From: an uncultured Trueperaceae bacterium
GTDB lineage: Bacteria > Deinococcota > Deinococci > Deinococcales > Trueperaceae
Assembly (NCBI GenBank): GCA_963727505.1
Contig: CAVSGP010000014.1
Location: forward strand, 71,499 to 135,498
Direction of reading: 5' to 3'
DNA length: 64,000 nt
Position numbers and translations under genes: made by a program. Below are positions 37,705 to 47,915 of this stretch, piece by piece; position 1 is the first letter of the stretch; each line of letters starts with the position of its first letter. Under the pieces are notes generated by a model, which saw nothing but the letters and a program-made list of their open reading frames with translations, was not told the origin of the DNA and ran no database searches.

Positions 37705-38264
37705 TGAAGGCACGAGGAATCCGGGGCGGGATCTTGCTCAGCCTCGAGGAGACGGACACCCAGGAGGAGCTCGACGCGACGCTGGCTTCGCATGCCGAAC
37801 TCCTGCAGGGGAAGGTGGCGCTGGAGGTCGCGGGCAAGGTGCCCTTCGGCCTCGTCGAACGGGCTGCGGAGGTCGTGCGCGAGGCTGGCGGGAGGGTCAC
37901 CGACGTGCGCCCGCCGACCGCTGTGATGCAGGCCCGCGGAGAGACGGTCATCGTGGCACGGACCGTACGGAGCGGGGGCCGCATCGAGTCGACCGGCTCG
38001 GTGGTCGTCCTCGGGGACGTCAACGCCGGGGCCGAGATCATCGCCAACGACGACATCATCGTGGTCGGGACGCTGCGAGGCCTCGCCCACGCGGGTGCGG
38101 GCGGCAACGACAAGGCCGTGGTGTGGGCCGAGCGCATCCGTAGCCCGCAATTGCGTATCGGAAGCGCCGTCGCCCAGGCCGGCGAGGACTCGCAGGCCGG
38201 CGACGGACCCGAGGTGGCCCACCTGAAGGACGGCGTGATCCTGCTGCGCCCCTGGAACAGCTAG
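37704..38264 (+). CDS. minC: Septum site-determining protein MinC
   Basis: RTVRSG, GDVNAGAEI, GTLRGLAHAG; ATG overlaps the mrdA stop. Confidence 0.9.
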   Translation: MKARGIRGGILLSLEETDTQEELDATLASHAELLQGKVALEVAGKVPFGLVERAAEVVREAGGRVTDVRPPTAVMQARGETVIVARTVRSGGRIESTGSVVVLGDVNAGAEIIANDDIIVVGTLRGLAHAGAGGNDKAVVWAERIRSPQLRIGSAVAQAGEDSQAGDGPEVAHLKDGVILLRPWNS

Positions 38265-38328
38265 CGGGCGATCCCCTTCAGGAGCGATTCGAACTGCCCC
38301 GGGAGCGGGGCAAGAGGGAGCATGAACC

Positions 38329-39504
38329 GTGCGTGACGTCGTGATCACCACCGCCATTCGGACCCCGGTCGGCCGCGCCCACAAGGGCATGCTCAAGGAC
38401 ACCCGACCCGACGACCTGGCCGGCCTGGTGCTGGCCGAGGCGCTGAAGCGCACGCCGGGGCTCGAGCCCGAGCGCATCGACGACGTGCTGGTGGGCAACG
38501 CGCACCCCGAGGGTGAGGCCGGTTACAACATGGCTCGCATCGCTGCCCAGATCGCGGGCTTCCCGGACAGCGTTGCCGGGGCGACCATCAACCGCTTCTG
38601 CGCCAGCGGGTTGCAGGTGATCGTGCAAGGCGTGCACTCGGTCGCCACCGGCATGAACGACGTGGTGTTCGCCGGCGGCAGCGACTGCACCAGTCGCGTC
38701 CCCATCGGCGGACGAGATGTGGCGATCAACCGGGCCCTGGTGAAGCGCAAGCCGGGTGCGTACCACAGCATGGGACAGACCGCCGAGGAGGTAGCGCGCC
38801 GCTACGGCGTGAGCCGCGAGGAGCAGGACCGCTTCGCGCTGGCAAGCCACCGCAAGGCGATCGCCGCGCGCAAGGCCGGCAAATTCGACGGTCACGTCCT
38901 CCCCGTTCCGACCCGGGTCCAGGACGAGACGGGCGCATGGCACGAGGTCGTGCTCGAGCACGACGAAGGCCCACGCGAGGGCACCACTCTGGAGGCGCTG
39001 GCCGCGCTGCGCACGGTCTTCGCCGACGACGAGGCGGCCACGGTCACGGCGGGGAACTCCAGCCCCCTCAACGACGGCGCGGCGATGACCGTCGTCATGT
39101 CCGCCGACGAGGCCGCATCGCTCGGGCTGCAACCGCTGGCGGTCTTCGTGCAGGCGGCCGTCGCCGGCGTTCCCCCCGAGATCATGGGGATCGGCCCGGT
39201 GCCCGCCATCCGCAAGCTGCTGGACAGGACGGGGATGACGTTGGACGACGTCGATCTCATCGAGATCAACGAGGCGTTCGCGAGCCAGTGCCGCTACAGC
39301 CAGCTCGAGCTCGGCATCCCCGACGAGAAGCTCAACGTCAACGGCGGCGCCATCGCCATCGGTCACCCGCTGGGGGCCACGGGCAGCCGCATCGCGGCCG
39401 ACCTCTTCGCCGAGATGCAGCGCTCCGGCAAGGAGTTCGGCATCATCTCGATGTGCGTGGGAGGCGGCCAGGGGATGGCCGCGCTGTTCAAGCTGCCGGG
39501 CTGA
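38329..39504 (+). CDS. Acetyl-CoA C-acyltransferase (thiolase)
   Basis: NRFCASG, NEAFA, GHPLGATG, CVGGG. Confidence 0.93.
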   Translation: MRDVVITTAIRTPVGRAHKGMLKDTRPDDLAGLVLAEALKRTPGLEPERIDDVLVGNAHPEGEAGYNMARIAAQIAGFPDSVAGATINRFCASGLQVIVQGVHSVATGMNDVVFAGGSDCTSRVPIGGRDVAINRALVKRKPGAYHSMGQTAEEVARRYGVSREEQDRFALASHRKAIAARKAGKFDGHVLPVPTRVQDETGAWHEVVLEHDEGPREGTTLEALAALRTVFADDEAATVTAGNSSPLNDGAAMTVVMSADEAASLGLQPLAVFVQAAVAGVPPEIMGIGPVPAIRKLLDRTGMTLDDVDLIEINEAFASQCRYSQLELGIPDEKLNVNGGAIAIGHPLGATGSRIAADLFAEMQRSGKEFGIISMCVGGGQGMAALFKLPG

Positions 39505-39596
39505 AGGCCCACGTCCGCTCGCCGCAGGGGGCGGCACGCGTGGCGCGCTGCGAGCGCGGGTGCTTCTTGCGGCCGGCCGGAGCGCCGTTGGCGGCG

Positions 39597-40589
39597 CTAC
39601 CCGCCGATGGCCACCATGGTGCGCTGGCGTTCGACCGGGACCGTGATGCCGGAGGCCACCTTGCGGTGTGCGGCCTCGAGGAAGCGCTCGATGACGGCCG
39701 TGAGCGGGTCGGGGGCGGCCAGGGCGGTGCGGAGCTCGAGCTCGCGGTCGGTCAACAGGCAGGGGCGCAGCATGCCGTCGGAGGTCACCCGCATGCGGCT
39801 GCAACTACTGCAGAACGGCTCCGAAACGGGATGGATGAAGCCGATGGCACCGGGCCAGCCCGGAACGCGGAAGAGCCTGGCGGGCGCACTGGGTTCGGTC
39901 TCGACCGGATCCAGCGGTCCGAGCGCGGCTTCGATCCGCTGGCGGATGTCGGACCCCGCCATGAAGTGCTCCTGGTACGACGAGGCACTGGCGTTGTTCA
40001 GGTGCATGTACTCGATGAAGCGCACGTGGAAGTCGCGGGTGGCCGTGAGGCGCGCCAGCGGGACGATCTCGCCGTCGTTGATGCCGCGCATCACCACGGT
40101 GTTGAGCTTGACCGGGCTCAGCCCGGCTTTGGCCGCCGCTTCGATGCCGCGCCACACCTGCGATGCGTCGCCGCCCTGCGTGATGGTGCGGAACACGTCG
40201 GGATCGAGGGCGTCGAGGGAGATGTTGAGCCGGTCGAGCCCCGCCTCGATCAGCGTCGGAAGGCGCCGCTCGAGCGCGCTGGCGTTGGTCGTGACCGCCA
40301 CGTCCGGGATGCCGAGATCGCGCTTGGCCATCGCGATCATGGCGGGGAGGTCCTTGCGGAGCAGCGGCTCGCCCCCGGTGAAGCGCACCGAGGTCATGCC
40401 GAGCGCGACGGCCGCTTGCAGCACCACTCCCACCTCGGCAACGCCGAGCGTGCCGGGCGGTTCGTGACCCCCTGCGCCGAGCGGGTCGCAGTAGTGGCAG
40501 CGGAAGTTGCAGCGCGGCGTGACGCTCAGGCGCAGATCGCGAACGACCCGACCGAAGCGGTCGACGAGCGGGTTCGTCCCGGACAACAT
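39597..40589 (-). CDS. moaA: GTP 3',8-cyclase
   Basis: LRLSVTPRCNFRCHYC, FCSSCSRMR, C-terminal IGG. Confidence 0.93.
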   Translation of the reverse strand: MLSGTNPLVDRFGRVVRDLRLSVTPRCNFRCHYCDPLGAGGHEPPGTLGVAEVGVVLQAAVALGMTSVRFTGGEPLLRKDLPAMIAMAKRDLGIPDVAVTTNASALERRLPTLIEAGLDRLNISLDALDPDVFRTITQGGDASQVWRGIEAAAKAGLSPVKLNTVVMRGINDGEIVPLARLTATRDFHVRFIEYMHLNNASASSYQEHFMAGSDIRQRIEAALGPLDPVETEPSAPARLFRVPGWPGAIGFIHPVSEPFCSSCSRMRVTSDGMLRPCLLTDRELELRTALAAPDPLTAVIERFLEAAHRKVASGITVPVERQRTMVAIGG

Positions 40590-40834
40590 AGAGCCACAAT
40601 AGCGTACGGTCGGGTGGCGGCGTGTCCCTGTTCCGTCACGTCGACCCGCCCCTTCCGCGCCGGTGGCGGCCCCCATCGGCTCGACCCCGGCCGGGGGCCC
40701 GTTGCGGCGCGCGTCGCGTGAAGGGTGGCTTCAAGGCCTTCTCACGATCCTCGTGGGGCGCGTCCCCTACCATGGCGACGCGCTGGCACGGCCCCGGCAC
40801 CTTCTTCTTCTTCGCGCGAGAGAGAGGTACGACG

Positions 40835-41380
40835 ATGCTCGACAACGTACGCACCGAGAACATCGAAGGCGGCGCTGCCCGGCGAGACGGCGCCCGGCCT
40901 CGCCCGGCCTCGGTCGGGGCGCAGGCGACGTCGACCGTCACGTCCGGCCCGGGTCGCGCGGCCCTGGCCCCCGGCCGGAGGACGCGGCCGGCGCTGCTCG
41001 CGCTGGCCCTCGCCGCGCTGCTGAGTGGGTGCACGGTCGCCGTCCGCGACAGCGGACCGCGGCCCAGCACCACCGTGCAGAGCGGGGGCGTGATCGTCTG
41101 GGCCCAGCTGGGCTTGCAGTTCTCGTTCCCGGGGTTGGTGGTGGTCGAGCGCCACGCCGATCCTCACCACTTCGACACGGTGTTCGAGTCCGAGGCCTCG
41201 CTTCACGGCGTCTACGGCGACGTCGACGGTCGGATGCGGGCCAACGGCTGGCACCGGGACCGCTACGAGGAGCGCAACCATCGCGTCATCGCGGACTATG
41301 TTCGCGGCGATCGGCAGGCCCACGTGATCGTCGTCCAGGAGGGGCGTAGCGGGCGCTACCGGCTCACCATCGACGACTGA
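40835..41380 (+). CDS. Hypothetical lipoprotein (start uncertain)
   Basis: ALLALALAALLSGC lipobox; RBS AGAGG; His/Arg-rich alpha/beta C-terminal part. Confidence 0.6.
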   Translation: MLDNVRTENIEGGAARRDGARPRPASVGAQATSTVTSGPGRAALAPGRRTRPALLALALAALLSGCTVAVRDSGPRPSTTVQSGGVIVWAQLGLQFSFPGLVVVERHADPHHFDTVFESEASLHGVYGDVDGRMRANGWHRDRYEERNHRVIADYVRGDRQAHVIVVQEGRSGRYRLTIDD

Positions 41381-41437
41381 GTGGCCGTAGCGAACCTCCC
41401 CGGCCCCACTCGGGCCGTTCCGGGTGCGTGCGTTCGT

Positions 41438-41677
41438 TCAGGGCAGTGGCGGCGGCCCAGGGCGCCATCCGCCCTGGGGCCCGCCTTCCCAGTGGGCGTC
41501 GGGAGCGGGCCGGCGTCGCACGGCTTCGAGCACCGCGTCGAACGGCACGCGCGAGGCAAAACGGGTCTTGAGGTACCACACCTCCAGGTCGCGGCGCGCC
41601 GCGCCGCCCAACCGTGCGGCGACCTCCCCCGCGCGGTTCACCGCGAGATCGAACAGGGCGTCGCGCGAGGAGGCCAC
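41438..41677 (-). CDS. Small hypothetical protein at end of the aroF-tyrA operon
   Basis: RBS AAAGG, co-directional 11 nt after tyrA; protein-like sequence (WYLKTRFASRVP, HWEGGPQGGW). Confidence 0.65.
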   Translation of the reverse strand: MASSRDALFDLAVNRAGEVAARLGGAARRDLEVWYLKTRFASRVPFDAVLEAVRRRPAPDAHWEGGPQGGWRPGPPPLP

Positions 41678-41688
41678 GGGGCGCCCTT

Positions 41689-42783
41689 TCAGCCGCCGTT
41701 ACGGCTACGGGCCTCGTAACCCGCGGCCTCCAGGGCGGCGCGGGCGCGGGCGAGCGCGTCGTCCGACTCCACGGCGATGCGCACCGCGCCCCCCGTCTCG
41801 CGGATCCCGAGCACCTCGAGGTCCTTGATGTTCACCTCGGCCTCGCCGAGCGCGCGCGTGATCCGGGCGAACTCGCCGGGCCGGTCGGGAACCGCGATGA
41901 CCAGCTCGTGACGTGCCGGCAGCAGGCTCCGCCGCACGATGGGGATGCCGTCACGCACCCTCTTGGCTGCCTCTGCCCGTGCGAGCAAGGCGTCGTCGTC
42001 GTCCAGGAGGGCGTCGAGGCCCTGAAGCTCGGAGCGGAACAGCCGCATGGCCGAGCGCACCGGCTCCCGGTTCAGCGCGATCATGTCGCGGCTCATCCGG
42101 GGACTGCCCGACGCGACGCGCGTCAGGTCGCGGAAGCCCCCGGCCGCGAGCAGCATCGTCAGCTCGCGCTCGTCGCCGCTGCCCACGAGCGTGGTGAGTG
42201 CTACCGCAACGAGGTAGGGCACGTGGCTGACGGTCGCGACGAGGCGGTCGTGGCGGTCGGGGCCGACCCGGATGGGCCTTGCGCCGAGCGCTTCCACGAA
42301 GGCGTGCACGCGGTCGACCGCGGCAGCGTCGCTGCTCTCGTCGGGCGTGAGCACCCACACCGCGTTCTCCAGCAGGCCGGCATCGGCGTGCAACACGCCT
42401 GCGCGGTCGCTGCCGGCCATGGGATGGCCTCCGACGAAGTGGAGGTCGGAAAGCGCCGCCACCACTTCGGCCTTGACGCTCCCCACGTCGGTGACGATGG
42501 CGTCGTCGGCCAGGTGAGGGCGCATGCTCAGCGCCAGCGGGACGATCGACTTCGAGGGCGTCGCCAGCACCACCAGATCGGCCTCCCGCAGCCACGGCCC
42601 CACCTCGAGACGGGACTCGTCGATCACGCCCAGACCGCGGGCGGCGTCGAGGGCGGCCGGGTCCTGATCCAGACCGATGGTGCGGCGGGCCAGGAAGCGG
42701 TGTCGCACGCCCAGCCCGATCGAGCCGCCGATCAACCCCACGCCGGCGATGACGATGGTGTCGAACAACGGCGCCGGGCGCAT
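41689..42783 (-). CDS. tyrA: Prephenate dehydrogenase with C-terminal ACT domain
   Basis: GVGLIGGS, TDVGSVK, GGHPMAG, SHVPY, GGFRDLTR, VPDRPG. Confidence 0.92.
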   Translation of the reverse strand: MRPAPLFDTIVIAGVGLIGGSIGLGVRHRFLARRTIGLDQDPAALDAARGLGVIDESRLEVGPWLREADLVVLATPSKSIVPLALSMRPHLADDAIVTDVGSVKAEVVAALSDLHFVGGHPMAGSDRAGVLHADAGLLENAVWVLTPDESSDAAAVDRVHAFVEALGARPIRVGPDRHDRLVATVSHVPYLVAVALTTLVGSGDERELTMLLAAGGFRDLTRVASGSPRMSRDMIALNREPVRSAMRLFRSELQGLDALLDDDDALLARAEAAKRVRDGIPIVRRSLLPARHELVIAVPDRPGEFARITRALGEAEVNIKDLEVLGIRETGGAVRIAVESDDALARARAALEAAGYEARSRNGG

Positions 42784-42784
42784 G

Positions 42785-43801
42785 CTACAGGCTCTTCCCC
42801 AGCGCGCCGACGACGCCGCGAAGGCGCCCCATGAGGGTGCCGAACTCCGCGTCGTCGAGCTGCTGAGCGGCGTCGGACCGTGCGTCCTCGGGGGAGGGGT
42901 GCACCTCGACGATGAGTCCGTCGGCCCCGGCCGCGGCCGCCGCCAGCGCCAGAGACGGCACCAGATTGCGCCGCCCCGCGGCGTGGCTGGGGTCGACCCA
43001 CACCGGCAGATGGCTCAGTTCCTTGAGGACGGGCACCGCGCTGAGGTCGAGGGTGAACCGTGTCGCCGTCTCGAAGGTGCGGATGCCCCGCTCGCACAGC
43101 ACCACGTTGGGGTTGCCCTGGCTGAGGATGTACTCCGCGGCCTGCAGGTACTCCGCGATGGAGGTGGACATGCCGCGCTTGAACAGCACCGGTCTCTCGC
43201 TGCGTCCCGCCTCGGCCAGCAGGGCGAAGTTCTGCGTGTTGCGGGCCCCGATCTGCAGCATGTCCGCGGTGTCGGCGACGACCTCCACCAGCTCCGGTGA
43301 GGTCACCTCGGTCACGATCGGCAGGCCCGTGCGCTCGCGCGTTTCCCGGAGCAGGCGCAGCCCCTCCTCGCCCAGCCCCTGGAAGGAATAGGGACTGGTC
43401 CTGGGCTTGAAGGCTCCGCCGCGCAGGATGCGTGCACCGTGGCGGCGGGCGATGTCGGCCGCGGCGTCGAGCTGGTCGCGGCTCTCCACCCCACAGGGTC
43501 CCGCCGCGACCACGAAGGCACCGTCGCCGATGACGACGTCGCCGACAGCGATGGTGGAGTCGTCGTGCCGGAACTCACGGGACGCCAGCTTGTAGGGCTT
43601 GGTGATCCGCACCACCGTGTCCACGCCGTGCAGCGCACGGAGATGCTCGCGCACTTCCTCGGTGGGCGCGGGACCGATGGCGCCGATGAGCGTGCGCTCC
43701 TCGCCCTCGCTGACGTGGGGGCTGAAGCCCAGGGAGCGGATCTCGCCCAGAACGCGATTCACGGCCTCATCCGAGGCCTCCTTCTGCATCACGACAACCA
43801 T
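42785..43801 (-). CDS. aroF: DAHP synthase (type I-beta with N-terminal regulatory domain)
   Basis: AGPCGVES, RGGAFKPRTSPYSFQG, QIGARN, CERGIRTFE, DPSH. Confidence 0.95.
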   Translation of the reverse strand: MVVVMQKEASDEAVNRVLGEIRSLGFSPHVSEGEERTLIGAIGPAPTEEVREHLRALHGVDTVVRITKPYKLASREFRHDDSTIAVGDVVIGDGAFVVAAGPCGVESRDQLDAAADIARRHGARILRGGAFKPRTSPYSFQGLGEEGLRLLRETRERTGLPIVTEVTSPELVEVVADTADMLQIGARNTQNFALLAEAGRSERPVLFKRGMSTSIAEYLQAAEYILSQGNPNVVLCERGIRTFETATRFTLDLSAVPVLKELSHLPVWVDPSHAAGRRNLVPSLALAAAAAGADGLIVEVHPSPEDARSDAAQQLDDAEFGTLMGRLRGVVGALGKSL

Positions 43802-43920
43802 TCAGACTCTCCAAAGTCGGTCCGGCCGTCGTGGCCGGCAGGTGCTGCGTCGGTGGGTTGCGGCCGGCGTGCCCCTGCGGTGGCGAGCGTCGAGCTGTCG
43901 TTCGCTGGGTTGTGCTGGGT

Positions 43921-44022
43921 TCAGCGTGCCGCCGCGGGGGTGCCGTACGGGGTCGAGAGGCGATCGAAGACGTAGCCATAGCCATCGTCCACGGCACCAC
44001 CCCCTTGCAGCGGAAAACTCAT
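43921..44022 (-). CDS. Putative aromatic-amino-acid leader peptide (33 aa)
   Basis: MSFPLQGGGAVDDGYGYVFDRLSTPYGTPAAAR; begins 7 nt after the -10 box. Confidence 0.65.
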   Translation of the reverse strand: MSFPLQGGGAVDDGYGYVFDRLSTPYGTPAAAR

Positions 44023-44029
44023 GCCAGGG

Positions 44030-44057
44030 AGTCTACCAGAACCGCCGGCCGTGTCAA
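44030..44057 (-). promoter_or_regulatory. Near-consensus promoter TTGACA-16-TAGACT for the aro operon
   Basis: -35 at 44052-44057, -10 at 44030-44035. Confidence 0.8.
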
Positions 44058-44064
44058 GGACGCC

Positions 44065-44871
44065 TCAGCGTGCGGGCGCGCCGCTGGACGCGCGATCGCC
44101 CGGTGCGGTGCGGGGCGCGTCGGCTCGGGCGCGACAGGCCTCCACCAGCATGCGGAACGGGGTGTGATGCTCGGGGTGCGTGTCCCAGCACATCTCGGGG
44201 TGCCACTGCACGGCGACCATGAAGGCGTCGCCGTGCGCGCCTTCATCGATCTCCAGCGCCTCGACGATGCCGTCCTCGCAGCGGGCCGTCACCTGCAGAC
44301 CCTCGCCGACGCGATCGACTGCCTGGTGGTGGAAGCTGTTGACGAACACGTCGGTGCTGCCGAAGGCGTTCGCCAGGCGCGAGTCCGGCGTGATCGCCAC
44401 GCGTTGCAGCGGCGCGCCGGTGACGTCCTTCTGCACGTGCTGGTCGGTATCCGGCACGGCCGGCAGATGCTGGTGCAGGCTGCCCCCGTGCGCCACGTTG
44501 ACGAGCTGGATGCCACGGCAGATGCCCAGGATGGGCTTGCCGAGCGCCCGGAAGGCGCGGTAGAGCGCCAGTTCGAACGCGTCTCGACGCCGGTCCACCG
44601 TGCCGAGATCTCGGTGCGGGCGGGCGCCGAACAGGTAGGGGTCGATATCGACGCCCCCCGTCAGGAGCAGGCCGTCGGCGCGCTCGGCGTACACCTCGGC
44701 CAGCGCGGCATCGACGTTGGGCGCGAGCAGGGGTACGGCGCCTGCCGACGTCAGCGCCAGGGCGTAGTTGTGACCCTGGATGGTGTCGTTGCGTCGCAGG
44801 CCGCGTTCGCGCGGTACCGTCCCGCTCGTCATCAGGATGACCGGTGGTGGCGTCTGGGCAGGCGTGGACAT
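44065..44871 (-). CDS. Gamma-glutamyl-GABA hydrolase family (peptidase C26)
   Basis: GLLLTGGVD, LGICRGIQ, NSFHHQA, VQWHPE. Confidence 0.9.
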   Translation of the reverse strand: MSTPAQTPPPVILMTSGTVPRERGLRRNDTIQGHNYALALTSAGAVPLLAPNVDAALAEVYAERADGLLLTGGVDIDPYLFGARPHRDLGTVDRRRDAFELALYRAFRALGKPILGICRGIQLVNVAHGGSLHQHLPAVPDTDQHVQKDVTGAPLQRVAITPDSRLANAFGSTDVFVNSFHHQAVDRVGEGLQVTARCEDGIVEALEIDEGAHGDAFMVAVQWHPEMCWDTHPEHHTPFRMLVEACRARADAPRTAPGDRASSGAPAR

Positions 44872-45004
44872 GGGCCGTAGCCTACATCTTCGACGTGCCG
44901 GCGGCCAGCGCTCGCGACGCGCACGGTCCCGTCGGTGCTTCGAGGGCCCCGCGCCGCCGGTGCGCGGGGGCGGTCCCGCCGGTGATGCTGGGACCCGACA
45001 TGCG

Positions 45005-45817
45005 TCAGGCGCTGCGCGTCAGGCGGCGGAACAGCAGCAGCAGCCCGAACGCGGCCAGCGTGAGGATGGCCCCCATCGCCAGCGCGGCATCGAGGTTGCG
45101 CTCCAGCTCGGCGTAGATGGCGAGTGGCATGGTCTGGGTCCGACCGGCGAGGCTGCCGGCCACCACGATGGTCGCGCCGAACTCCCCCAGCGCTCTCGTC
45201 CACGTCAGCACGCAGCCCTCGATGAAGGCCGGGAACGTCAGGGGGAGGGTCACGCGCCGGAAGGCGCGCAGGCGAGTAGCGTGCAGGGTGATCGCGGCGG
45301 CTTCCAGGCTCCAGGGGGTCGACCGGAAGGCCGCCTTCATGCTGCGAATGTAGAGGGGGCTGGCGACGAACAGTTGGGCGAGCACGACGGCGGTGCTGGT
45401 GAAGGGGACGTGCAGGCCGATCGCGGCGAGGGGTGCGCCTAGCAGGCCGCGTCGGCCCACCAGCAACAGCAGCGCCAGGCCCGCCACCACCGGCGGAAGC
45501 ACCAGGGGAAGGTCGAGGAGCGCCTCGAGAAGCACCTTCCCTCGGAAGGTGTAACGGGCCAGCAGGTAGGCGATGGGCGTCCCGAACGTCACCGTGGCGA
45601 GCAGGCTCACGGCAGTGGTGATGAGGCTCAGCCGCAGCGCGGCGGTCACCGTCGGGTCGAGCAACGCCGAGCCCAGCGCGGGGCGGGCTGCCCGGACCAG
45701 CAGCGCCAGCGTCGGCAGCACCAGCAGCAGCATCAGCACCAGGCCGGAGCCGATCAGGAGGCTGGGGGAGAGGCGCGCGCGCAAGTTCCGAACCCTAGGG
45801 AGGGGCCGTGAAGCCAT
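45005..45817 (-). CDS. modB: Molybdate ABC permease
   Basis: LPLVLPPVVAG, RALGEFGAT, TQTMPLAIY. Confidence 0.9.
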   Translation of the reverse strand: MASRPLPRVRNLRARLSPSLLIGSGLVLMLLLVLPTLALLVRAARPALGSALLDPTVTAALRLSLITTAVSLLATVTFGTPIAYLLARYTFRGKVLLEALLDLPLVLPPVVAGLALLLLVGRRGLLGAPLAAIGLHVPFTSTAVVLAQLFVASPLYIRSMKAAFRSTPWSLEAAAITLHATRLRAFRRVTLPLTFPAFIEGCVLTWTRALGEFGATIVVAGSLAGRTQTMPLAIYAELERNLDAALAMGAILTLAAFGLLLLFRRLTRSA

Positions 45818-46556
45818 AGCCGGCCAGGGCCGACCGGCCGACGGTAGAGAGCACGTAGTCGCGGAACGCCCGGGCCGCCGCGGGCTGCGCCGCGCCCTTC
45901 AACGTCACCAGCGGGTAGAGGATGGTGGGTTGCAGCGAGGCGGGAATCGTGATGGTGCGCACGCTCGACAGCCCATGGGCGTCGGTGGCGTAGACGATGG
46001 CCGCGTCCGCGGCGCCGAGCGCGACCTTGGCCGCGGTCTGGCGCACGTTGGGCTCGCGGGAGACCACGTTGCGCCGCACCTCCCGGACGAAGTCGCTGCC
46101 GAAAGCCCTGGCCGCGGCGTCGAGCATGAGGTCGGCGTAGTGTCCTGCGGGCACCTGCGGGGCCGCCAGCACAAGGAGGAGGCCCGGCCGCGCAAGGTCC
46201 CGGAAGGCGTGCAGGTCGGAGTCGGCGGGTACGACCACGATCAGTCGATTGCCGGCGAACGGGGTGGGAGGGCCCGTCTGGAGACCGGCGTTGGTGATGC
46301 GTTGCATCTGCACTTCGTTGGCGCTGGCGAAGATGTCGGCCGGGGCGCCCTGCAAGATCTGCGTGGCCAGCGTCGAGGAGGCTGCGAAGTCGAGCAGCAC
46401 GTGCGCGCCCGGGTGCGCCTCCTCGTAGCCATGGCCGAGCGCAGTGAAGGCATCGGTCAGGCTCGAGGCCGCGAACACGGTCACGGTCTGGGCGGCAGCG
46501 AACGTGAGCACAACAGCGAGCAGCGTCGCCAGTGCCAAGCGCAGGAAGCGCGTCAT
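45795..46556 (-). CDS. modA: Molybdate ABC substrate-binding protein
   Basis: VFAASSL, ASS, ADIFASA, VPAG.YA, NVRQ, VYATD; start ATG 46556. Confidence 0.92.
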   Translation of the reverse strand: MTRFLRLALATLLAVVLTFAAAQTVTVFAASSLTDAFTALGHGYEEAHPGAHVLLDFAASSTLATQILQGAPADIFASANEVQMQRITNAGLQTGPPTPFAGNRLIVVVPADSDLHAFRDLARPGLLLVLAAPQVPAGHYADLMLDAAARAFGSDFVREVRRNVVSREPNVRQTAAKVALGAADAAIVYATDAHGLSSVRTITIPASLQPTILYPLVTLKGAAQPAAARAFRDYVLSTVGRSALAGYGFTAPP

Positions 46557-46662
46557 CGCCACGAATTCTAGCAGCCGTCGCGCGTGGGCGCGGGAGTGGC
46601 GTGTGTCATACTGGCGCCTGGCCGGGCGTTCCCGACGGGCGCGCCGGCGGCCGGGAGGCGAC

Positions 46663-47880
<1,218 letters not shown>

Positions 47881-47915
47881 GCCCGACGCGGCGCTGAGCG
47901 CGCCGGGAGGCGGTC

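Noticed and set aside
35847..38264. 805-aa ORF ending in MinC
   Set aside because: The upstream part is an alternate frame of mrdA; minC starts at 37704.
2275..46556. ABC systems (mal, second sugar ABC, modAB) lacking ATPase genes; BCKDH lacking E3
   Set aside because: Shared ATPases and E3 encoded elsewhere are common; cannot be judged from this window.
40590..46660. Possible Moco riboswitch upstream of moaA or modA
   Set aside because: Both genes appear leaderless (TANNNT 6-8 nt before the start), leaving no room.
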